The notes below the pieces were generated by a model that was given only the letters and a program-made list of their open reading frames with translations, ran no database searches and had not been told where the DNA came from. Positions 25,012 to 32,000 of a stretch of 32,000 bases of DNA are shown here, in pieces. This DNA is from Acaryochloris thomasi RCC1774. GTDB lineage: Bacteria; Cyanobacteriota; Cyanobacteriia; Thermosynechococcales; Thermosynechococcaceae. The stretch covers positions 240,001 through 272,000 of the forward strand of contig NZ_PQWO01000002.1 of NCBI RefSeq assembly GCF_003231495.1, written 5' to 3'. The translations under genes were made by a program, and so were the position numbers. The first letter of the stretch is position 1. The number at the start of each line of letters is the position of its first letter.

Positions 25012-26583
25012 ATGCCAGAAGAGCTTATGACTTTGGATACGATCGAAACAGATGTGGTAGTAATCGGTAGCGGTATCGGTGGTCTCTGCTGCGCTGCATT
25101 GCTGGCTCGCTATGGATTTGATGTAACGGTGTGCGAGAGTCATACGATTCCGGGGGGCGCAGCCCATGCCTTTGAACGAGATGGGTTCAAGTTCGATTCG
25201 GGGCCGTCGCTTTATTCTGGCCTGTCCTATAGTCCTTCCTCCAGTCCGCTGCGGCAGGTGCTCGACGCCATTGGCGAAGATCTAGAGTGGAAAACCTATG
25301 ATGTGTGGGGCTGTCATCTCCCAGAGGGAAGTTTTAACAATCCCATCGGCACCGACCAGTTTGATGAAGTCTTGGAGCAGTTTCAAGGTCCACAGGCTGT
25401 CGCGGAATGGCACCGATTTAAGAAGGTAATGGCTCCGCTGGCAGAGGCTGCGATCGCAATTCCCCCCGCCGCCTTTCGAGCCGATTTGGGCGTCGTCAGA
25501 ACCCTAGGACGCTATCTACCGGCGATGTTGAAGCAAACGAAGTATATTCGTCAGCTCACCGGTCCCTTTAGCCGTATATTAGGCCGCGAAATTAGCGACC
25601 CTTTTATACACCGTTGGATGGATATGCTCTGTTTCTTGCTGTCGGGGTTGCCTGCCGACGGCACCATTGCGGCTGAAATGGCCTTTATGTTTGCCGAGTG
25701 GTATCAGCCCAACATGGTCCTTGACTATCCTGTTGGGGGAGCCGGTACCTTTGTCGATGCCCTCGTGCGCGGTTTAGAAAAACGGGGTGGAACCCTGATG
25801 CTAGGTGCCCATGTTGAGCAGGTACTGATAGAGAATAAACGGGCCGTAGGTGTCCAGCTCCGCAATGGTAAAACCTTGCGGGCAAAACGAGCCGTCGTCT
25901 CTAACGCCTCTGTTTGGGACACCCTAAAGCTATTGCCAGAGGGTGCCGTCCCGAAAAAATTTGTGACTGAGCGGCAGGCCACGCCGGAGTGCGAAAGCTT
26001 TATGCACTTGCATTTGGGCATTGATGCCGCCAATTTGCCCGAGGATTTAGAGTGTCATTACATTGTCGTTAAAGATTGGGAACTAGGAATCACGGCCCCT
26101 CAGAATATTGTGCTGTTGTCGATCCCCTCTGTTTTAGATCCGTCGCTGGCCCCACCGGGTAAGCATGTGATTCATGCCTATACGCCAGGGAATGAGCCCT
26201 ATGAGGTCTGGCAGGGAATGGATAGACGGAGTGATGCCTATCAACAGCTAAAGCAAGAACGTTCAGAAATTATGTGGCAGGCGATTAAGCGGGTGATGCC
26301 TGATATTTGCGATCGCACCGAACTCACCCTTGTTGGTACCCCTCTTACCCATGCGCGCTTTCTACGGCGACATCACGGCTCCTATGGTCCCGCCATTCGA
26401 GCCGGACAATCCATTTTCCCAGGACCGGGAACGCCTTTGTCGGGTTTACTTTGCTGTGGCGACTCCACCTTTCCTGGTATCGGTCTTCCCGCCGTCGCCG
26501 CCAGCGGCATGATTGCCGCGAACACCTTAGCCACCGTACCCCAGCACTTAAAAATGCTAAAAGAGATTGGTTGTCTGGGGTGA
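25012..26583 (+). CDS. FAD-dependent oxidoreductase of the phytoene desaturase / carotenoid isomerase (CrtISO-like) family
   Basis: Dinucleotide fold: DVVVIGSGIGGLCCAALLARYGFDVTVCESHTIPGGAAH. C-terminal motif: CCGDSTFPGIGLPAVAASG. The substrate cannot be assigned from sequence alone. Confidence 0.8.
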   Translation: MPEELMTLDTIETDVVVIGSGIGGLCCAALLARYGFDVTVCESHTIPGGAAHAFERDGFKFDSGPSLYSGLSYSPSSSPLRQVLDAIGEDLEWKTYDVWGCHLPEGSFNNPIGTDQFDEVLEQFQGPQAVAEWHRFKKVMAPLAEAAIAIPPAAFRADLGVVRTLGRYLPAMLKQTKYIRQLTGPFSRILGREISDPFIHRWMDMLCFLLSGLPADGTIAAEMAFMFAEWYQPNMVLDYPVGGAGTFVDALVRGLEKRGGTLMLGAHVEQVLIENKRAVGVQLRNGKTLRAKRAVVSNASVWDTLKLLPEGAVPKKFVTERQATPECESFMHLHLGIDAANLPEDLECHYIVVKDWELGITAPQNIVLLSIPSVLDPSLAPPGKHVIHAYTPGNEPYEVWQGMDRRSDAYQQLKQERSEIMWQAIKRVMPDICDRTELTLVGTPLTHARFLRRHHGSYGPAIRAGQSIFPGPGTPLSGLLCCGDSTFPGIGLPAVAASGMIAANTLATVPQHLKMLKEIGCLG

Positions 26584-26722
26584 AATTCTTAGAACGCCTT
26601 CGAGATAGAAGAAACCGGTTAAATTTCTTCCCATTCTCAACGCTACAATCAGTAAAAAGAACAAAGGACTTCAATGCTTTGAAGTCTGCCAGCAGCCCTT
26701 AAGAAATATAGGCAATTCCATA

Positions 26723-28837
26723 GTGACTAATCCCGAGGAGAATCAACGTCAGCGTTTTCGACATTTGTTTATTGTTGATGACGCTGAGGGACGACGCACC
26801 ATTTCCCTCGAAGCCGCTACCTATTCCATTGGCCGGGATGTCACCAACTCCATCGTGCTGCACTCTAAAATGGTGTCGCGGCAGCACGCTATCTTGCTGC
26901 GGGTTACAGCTCCCGAAACCTCTAATTACTTGTTTCGGATCATTGATGGTGATCTCCAGGGTAAAAGAAGCACCAATGGCCTAATCGTGAATGGTCGCCG
27001 TCTCTTTTCCCATGACCTTAAACATGGTGATGTTGTCGTTTTCGGCGGAGATGTAAAGGCACAGTATTTTGTGGCTTCCAACCTCTCAGATGAAGCCTTC
27101 GACGAGTTCCGCGACACCAGCGACCTCTCCACCATTCTCAAAAATTCCGTCAACCCCTTTCAAACCCTCGTCCCCACAGACGCTGACTTCCAAGATATGA
27201 GCGAAGCCGCCCTCGTCCGGCTGGCCTCTTTCCCCGAACTGACCCCCACTCCGATTCTCGAAATTGATTTGTCCGGCACCGTCACCTATATGAATCCCTC
27301 TGCCGTCATGCAATTTGAGAATTTATCCGAAGCCGGTTTAGCGCACCCTCTCCTAGAAGGACTGCTGACCATGGTGAAAGTGGACAGTCCTGAACAGGGT
27401 AATTTCTTTGTCCGTGAGGTCAGCATCAAGGATTTGGTCTTTGAGCAGTCCGTTCACTACATTTCTGAAAGTGACTTAATTCGCAGCTATATCACCGATA
27501 TTACCGAGCGAAAGCGCGCTGAAGAGCAGTTGCGTCACCAGGCTCAGCGAGAAGCAATCATTAACCGGATTGTGCAGGCTATGCGTGGCACAATGGTCAC
27601 CGCAGAGGTCTTAGATATTACCGTGGGCTTATTGCTAGAAGCCTTGGGGGCCAGTCACTGCCTCATTGTTCCGATTGAATCAGAGAGCGACTCCCCCGTC
27701 TTCTACGCTAGTGACCGATCCGTTGAGCGCCCTGACCTTGTACAGGCAAACGAGCGATTTTTGCGCAATTCTCAAGACTCTCTTGCTCAGGGGCAGCAGG
27801 TGGTGTTTGAAAGCGGCGATACGTCACTTGCGCTAGAGCTGCAGGCTATCTGCGATCAGTGTCAGATTCAAACCCTCCTGTTAACGCCGCTTCTCTATAT
27901 GCAGCGGTATCTGGGCAGCATTAGTCTCTATCAATGTGGGCCATCAACCAAAGAAGCCCGCCAGTGGAATCTAGATGAGCTCAACCTCGTTGAAACCATT
28001 GCCAATCAGTGTGCGATTGCGGTTCATCAGGCCCAGCTTTATCGTCAAGTCCAAGATCTCAACACTGACCTAGAGCGGCAGGTCGAAGAGCGCACCGCTC
28101 AGCTGCAGCAAAAAATGCAGGAGCTTGAACGCCTGAACATTCTTAAAGACGACTTTCTCAGCACTGTCTCCCATGAGCTGCGAACGCCCATGTCTAATAT
28201 CAAAATGGCGATCCATATGCTCAATCAGTTTCCTCTCGAAGATCGACAAACCCGTTACGTCAAGATTTTAGAAGCTGAATGTAGCCGCGAAACTGAACTC
28301 ATCAACGACCTCCTAGATCTGCAGCGCTTAGAAGCAGATACCGAACCGATGCCTTTAGAAATGTTGGTGTTGTCCGAGTGGTTAGCCGGTGTGCTAGAGC
28401 CCTTTCAATCTAGGGCCCGCGATCGCAAGCAACATCTAAACATTCACTGCGATCCCGAAGCCGTGGCGGTGCAGTCCAATCGCGTTAGCCTGGAACGAAT
28501 TTTAGCTGAGCTGCTCAATAATGCCTGCAAATATACCCCTGATGGTGGCGATGTGTACTTCAATATTGAACGTTTGCAGAACCCTGACCCCTTTGTCCGT
28601 TTTCAGGTGACCAACCAGGCGGAAATTCCTGCCTCTGAGCTGCCTCGCATTTTCGATAAATTTTATCGAGTGCCCAACGCCGACCCCTGGAAGCAGGGTG
28701 GAACAGGTCTCGGGCTGGCTCTTGTTGAAAAGCTAGTCGAACAGCTCCAGGGCAATATCAACGTCACCAGTTCCCAAGGACAGACGACGTTCACTATCGA
28801 GCTACCCCAGCCAGAAACGGTCTCGGTTGAGGTGTAA
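26723..28837 (+). CDS. Sensor histidine kinase with N-terminal FHA domain: FHA - PAS-like - GAF - coiled coil - HisKA - HATPase_c
   Basis: FHA: SIGRDVTNSIVLHSKMVSRQHAILLRV...STNGLIVNGRR...GDVVVFGG. PAS cap: SFPELTPTPILEIDLSGTVTYMNPS. GAF-like region at ~280-440. H-box: VSHELRTPM. N/G boxes: LLNNACKYTP...GGTGLGLALV. GTG start per the track. Confidence 0.9.
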   Translation: MTNPEENQRQRFRHLFIVDDAEGRRTISLEAATYSIGRDVTNSIVLHSKMVSRQHAILLRVTAPETSNYLFRIIDGDLQGKRSTNGLIVNGRRLFSHDLKHGDVVVFGGDVKAQYFVASNLSDEAFDEFRDTSDLSTILKNSVNPFQTLVPTDADFQDMSEAALVRLASFPELTPTPILEIDLSGTVTYMNPSAVMQFENLSEAGLAHPLLEGLLTMVKVDSPEQGNFFVREVSIKDLVFEQSVHYISESDLIRSYITDITERKRAEEQLRHQAQREAIINRIVQAMRGTMVTAEVLDITVGLLLEALGASHCLIVPIESESDSPVFYASDRSVERPDLVQANERFLRNSQDSLAQGQQVVFESGDTSLALELQAICDQCQIQTLLLTPLLYMQRYLGSISLYQCGPSTKEARQWNLDELNLVETIANQCAIAVHQAQLYRQVQDLNTDLERQVEERTAQLQQKMQELERLNILKDDFLSTVSHELRTPMSNIKMAIHMLNQFPLEDRQTRYVKILEAECSRETELINDLLDLQRLEADTEPMPLEMLVLSEWLAGVLEPFQSRARDRKQHLNIHCDPEAVAVQSNRVSLERILAELLNNACKYTPDGGDVYFNIERLQNPDPFVRFQVTNQAEIPASELPRIFDKFYRVPNADPWKQGGTGLGLALVEKLVEQLQGNINVTSSQGQTTFTIELPQPETVSVEV

Positions 28838-29029
28838 TCGATGAGACCCAGGCTGTGATTTTGGCTTGCCTCAGTAACTCACTGCTAGAGCCATTGGTTT
28901 TATCGAGGTAAAAGGGCTGCCTTGTAATTTGACCACAAGCGAAGGCCCGTCTTATGCAAAGATAGAACAGGTGCGGTTACGACGCGGTTCGGGCAGCATC
29001 GTTGATGATTAAGGACGAAAAGTAGGGTT

Positions 29030-29251
29030 ATGCAAATCGGTGATCGGGTTCGAGTGAAATCAGCTGTCATTGTTTATACCCACCCTGATCATCGTAATCA
29101 GCCCTTTGACATCTGCGGCACCGAGGGAGAGGTTATTGATATCCTCAAAGATTGGAAGGGACGTGTGATTAGCCCTAACTACCCCTATGTCGTCAAATTT
29201 GATAAGAAGTTTCGCGTGCACATGCAAGACGCTGAACTAGAGCAGGCATAG
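29030..29251 (+). CDS. ftrV: Ferredoxin-thioredoxin reductase variable subunit
   Basis: 73 aa. MQIGDRVRVKSAVIVYTHPDH...FDICGTEGEVIDILKDWKGRVISPNYPYVVKF closely follows the Synechocystis FtrV pattern as I remember it. Confidence 0.85.
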   Translation: MQIGDRVRVKSAVIVYTHPDHRNQPFDICGTEGEVIDILKDWKGRVISPNYPYVVKFDKKFRVHMQDAELEQA

Positions 29252-29255
29252 TGCT

Positions 29256-30548
29256 TCATACAGCATCACTGTTTTGATCAATCAGCAATGCTGTATCCAC
29301 AACTGTATAGAGCTGACTGTCTTCTAAAAACGTCGAGCCACGGTTATACTCTGGCTCAGCGCTGCCTGTCCTACTTTGTAGCTCGAGGGTTGAAGCGGTA
29401 ATTAGACGCTCAATCTCGATCTTCAAAGCAAAAATTTGATTAGGGTGCTGAACGAGCAGCAATGTTGACGACTGCCTATGGCTACCGGGCGACGGTGTCA
29501 ATAGAAGGCTAGAGTTTTGCCCCCTGAAAAACTGTGTCAACGGATAAACCGGCAGTGTGCGTCCCTGCCACTTCAATTTTGCAGGGACGATGGTTTCATC
29601 AATCTGATCGTGATTAGGGATCAAAATTTCAAGTACTTGACTAGAGGGCAGCAAGAAAACAGTGCCGCCTGTTTGCCAAACGAAGGCATCAGATATATCC
29701 AGGCTGATGACTTTGGCAACGTCTTCGTCCGAGGCTTCATCTGATTCTATGGAGGAGCTCTCCGCCCATTGGCTGTTTCCTGCAGCCTGTGGTTGGGTCT
29801 CCCGATATCCAGCTAGGGCAATTCGGCCAATTATTGCGGCTGTCCGTGGACTGGCCCGCAGGCTGGCCACGGCTGTTTGAGAAATTGCCACTAGCTCCGA
29901 AAGATTCGACATCTCTCCCAGATCGCGTAGGCTCTCAAAGAGCTGCAAGAGTTCTGTTGCGAGTGTCTCTGAGGGGGGCGACGCGAGCTGCGATTCGAGC
30001 TGCATCAACCTTTCTTCTACCTCGGCGGTGATGGCAAGAGCTGTGAGTTTGTCTTCTGATGGGGGAACAGACACGCTTGAAGAGCTCTTCAGGACTGGAG
30101 CCTGATGCTGCTTCTTCTGGAGCTGCTCTTCTAACTGAACGAGAATAACCTGAGCTGCAGTGCAGTCAATCTCCTTTGCTCCGGAGGTTTGCTGTACATG
30201 AGCCAACAGGGAGAGTTTGAGTGTTTGACTAACCTGGCAGAGCCTTTCTAGCTCGGTCGTCCGCGGATGCGGCTGCGATAGAGAACAGAGCCGTTCTACA
30301 CGATGCATTGAATATTGAAGCGTTGTGAGGCCCAGTTGAGCGGCCCCGCTTTCGATAATCTGTACGGCCTGAACAATGGATTGTCGCTGATCAGCAGAGC
30401 TGGGATTTTGTGCTGCTTGACGGAGATCGGCTTCGATTTCCTGAAATAACTCCACTGCTTCTTGGACAAAGAGTTGATAGGCTGAATCTCGGTCTTCTAG
30501 GGGAAGGGAGGTAAAGGATGAAGATGGGGAGCTGCCGTTATCATGCAT
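29256..30548 (-). CDS. Chemotaxis-type scaffold: N-terminal Hpt-like helical domain(s) plus a C-terminal CheW-like domain, with no dimerisation or ATPase domains
   Basis: N-terminus LFVQEAVELFQEIEADLRQA...IVQAVQIIESGAAQLGL...SMHRVERL resembles CheA P1/Hpt. C-terminus AFVWQTGGTVFLLPSSQVLEILIP...KWQGRTLPVYPLTQFF...LLLVQHPNQIFALKIEIERLI resembles CheW. The start is 8 nt after the MCP stop. Confidence 0.7.
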   Translation of the reverse strand: MHDNGSSPSSSFTSLPLEDRDSAYQLFVQEAVELFQEIEADLRQAAQNPSSADQRQSIVQAVQIIESGAAQLGLTTLQYSMHRVERLCSLSQPHPRTTELERLCQVSQTLKLSLLAHVQQTSGAKEIDCTAAQVILVQLEEQLQKKQHQAPVLKSSSSVSVPPSEDKLTALAITAEVEERLMQLESQLASPPSETLATELLQLFESLRDLGEMSNLSELVAISQTAVASLRASPRTAAIIGRIALAGYRETQPQAAGNSQWAESSSIESDEASDEDVAKVISLDISDAFVWQTGGTVFLLPSSQVLEILIPNHDQIDETIVPAKLKWQGRTLPVYPLTQFFRGQNSSLLLTPSPGSHRQSSTLLLVQHPNQIFALKIEIERLITASTLELQSRTGSAEPEYNRGSTFLEDSQLYTVVDTALLIDQNSDAV

Positions 30549-30556
30549 GAGTTCGT

Positions 30557-32000
30557 CTAACCTTCTATGGCCTCTACAGAACTCGTTAAACGGTTAAAAG
30601 ACTCTACCACCGTCGCGGATGTCTCGGCGGTGTGATTGGTAAGATTGGCAACTTCCACGGCTGAATGATTTGCGGCTTCTGATTGATGGGCTTGATGGGT
30701 CGCGGCTTGGGTCATCTGTCCCAACAGGGAGAGGAGTTGATAGCTAGAGGCTGCGACTTGTCCGAGTTGCTGCTGGATCTCAACGACAGCCTGGGTACTG
30801 GTCAACGTTTGCTGCTGACCGTTAATGAATAGATTAGAAGTGTTTTGAACATTTGCACGGATAGTTTGTACTAGGGGCTTGACTTCAGTGAGGCCGCTGT
30901 CTAACTCACGGGCAAGGGCATGGATTTTCTCGCCGATATCGGCAAATTCCTGGCCTGCGCTTCCCTTGCGGGCCGACTCTAGGGTCACGTTCATGGCCTG
31001 GAGCTTGACTTCTGCAGCTAGGGCATTCACTTGAGTGATCAGGGCATCAAGCTGCTGCGCAGGTTGTCCCAGGACTTGAATTTGCTCCGCCGCGCTGGTG
31101 AAGATGGTCTCTAGGGCTGTGATGCTGTCTCGCATTTGCTCTACCACTGCCTGGTTGGTCTGGATGCCTTGATTGACTCGCTGGCTATGCTGTTCTCCCT
31201 GCTCGAAGGCTCGAACCATCCCCTGTGTGGAGTCTGCTAACGCTTTGATGTGATTGTAGAGTGTGCTCACCGACACCATCTGCTGACGACTTTGATCCGC
31301 TAAATGCTGAATGGCACCTTTGCTCTGTGAAAGAAAGGTGCTGATTTGCCGCTGTAGGTTTTCTCTCTGCTGCTGATTCTGTGTAGAGGTTCCCTGTGCC
31401 AGTTGATACGCTTGGTCCATCTGAGCCAGTAGGCGGGCATGATCGAGGGCATATCCTACCTGCTGGGCGACTTGAGTCATCAATGTGATGTCGGTGGTCT
31501 GCCAATGACGAGGGCCAGAGCATTGGTGGGCGATCAGAAGGCCAAAGAGCTGTTGGTCTTTCAGGATCGGAACAACCAAGTTGGCTCGGATTCCAAACTG
31601 CTCGAGCTGCTGCCGATAACATTCTCCGATGCCTGCAGATTGCACATCAGCAATGCTGTGGGCGCGACCCGACTGATATTGCTTTACGAAACCTTCGGCA
31701 AAGCAGGGATCTTTGATCTCAGCCCATAGTGTCTTTGGAAAGCCGGGTAAGACAGCTTCAGCCACGACGGTGCCATACCAATCAGCATCGAAGCCATATA
31801 TAATCACGCGGTCTGCTTTGAGGGCTTTACGCATTTCTGTGACGGTGGTGCTGAGGATATCTTCTTCAATTAGAGAAGCACGAATACTTTGGGTCAGACT
31901 TTTGATCAGACGCGCTTTTTGATCTTCGGCATCTAAGCGAGCTGCAAAACGAGCGTGTTCGAGGGCATATCCTACTTGGAGGGCGATCTGGCCAATGAAG
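30557..32000 (-). CDS. Soluble methyl-accepting chemotaxis protein with tandem GAF domains (PixJ-like); the 5' end lies beyond the right edge
   Basis: The track starts at Met 31834, but the frame stays open to nt 32000: ...FIGQIALQVGYALEHARFAARLDAEDQKARLIKSLTQSIRASLIEEDILSTTVTE-MRKAL. That is the end of an upstream GAF domain plus a linker. The in-window GAF has DRVIIYGFDADWYG...DPCF...GECY...IRANLVVPI...LLIAHQCSGPRHWQ. The C-terminal MCP signalling domain has KLQAMNVTLESARKGSAGQEFADIGEKIHALAREL. Confidence 0.85.
   Translation of the reverse strand, partial: FIGQIALQVGYALEHARFAARLDAEDQKARLIKSLTQSIRASLIEEDILSTTVTEMRKALKADRVIIYGFDADWYGTVVAEAVLPGFPKTLWAEIKDPCFAEGFVKQYQSGRAHSIADVQSAGIGECYRQQLEQFGIRANLVVPILKDQQLFGLLIAHQCSGPRHWQTTDITLMTQVAQQVGYALDHARLLAQMDQAYQLAQGTSTQNQQQRENLQRQISTFLSQSKGAIQHLADQSRQQMVSVSTLYNHIKALADSTQGMVRAFEQGEQHSQRVNQGIQTNQAVVEQMRDSITALETIFTSAAEQIQVLGQPAQQLDALITQVNALAAEVKLQAMNVTLESARKGSAGQEFADIGEKIHALARELDSGLTEVKPLVQTIRANVQNTSNLFINGQQQTLTSTQAVVEIQQQLGQVAASSYQLLSLLGQMTQAATHQAHQSEAANHSAVEVANLTNHTAETSATVVESFNRLTSSVEAIEG

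Noticed and set aside
26667-26686. 8-bp-stem hairpin (GACTTCAA-TGCT-TTGAAGTC) and a nearby AT-rich hairpin after the CrtISO-like gene
   Set aside because: No U-tract follows, and the second stem is weak and AT-only. It could be a terminator, but the evidence is too thin to annotate.
4061-31622. Many antisense or out-of-frame 'shadow' ORFs in the track (e.g. 4061..4417, 4801..5082, 7041..7376, 7505..7861, 10845..11180, 14394..14855, 16611..17006, 25725..26033, 26307..26702, 31185..31622)
   Set aside because: Each lies wholly inside a longer ORF that has clear family motifs. Their products are Arg/Pro/Ser/Ala-rich, typical of off-frame translation of GC-rich coding DNA. None has a motif I recognise.
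1-32000. Search for CRISPR arrays, tRNA/rRNA genes, IS elements, integrases or phage genes
   Set aside because: I found no regularly spaced direct repeats, no cloverleaf-like or rRNA-like segment in the intergenic regions I read, and no transposase or integrase ORF. The window looks like core chromosome rather than a mobile island.

Overview
Chromosomal segment of a cyanobacterium, with no sign of mobility. Taxon evidence: I counted at least 21 copies of the HIP1 octamer GCGATCGC by eye, and the window carries CP12, FtrV, a Tic22-like gene and a cyanobacteriochrome-type MCP. I can support about 31 protein-coding genes, two of them cut by the window edges. I saw no rRNA, tRNA, CRISPR array, transposase or integrase. 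Housekeeping genes: gdhA, ald, prmC, uppP, an FKBP PPIase, a fructosamine kinase, a GT4 glycosyltransferase and a CrtISO-like FAD oxidoreductase. Signalling genes are dense: two paralogous FHA-PAS histidine kinases (one followed by a receiver protein), and the distal part of a phototaxis/chemotaxis-like operon (a GAF-containing MCP followed by an Hpt-like/CheW-like protein with no kinase core). The most interesting locus is 17.9-22.9 kb. It holds the functionally unsolved Anbu (proteasome-beta-like) / circularly permuted ATP-grasp / alpha-E / transglutaminase module. Here the module is split into two convergent transcription units, an AT-rich orphan membrane/coiled-coil gene follows Anbu, and the alpha-E protein carries a (Gln-X)n tail just upstream of the transglutaminase. 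Other items worth a look: a secreted LRR-TPR-CHAT protein coupled to a hydrolase, a compositionally chimeric kinase gene, and a 560-bp AT-rich intergenic region with duplicated CRP/NtcA-type palindromes and an untracked 48-codon ORF.
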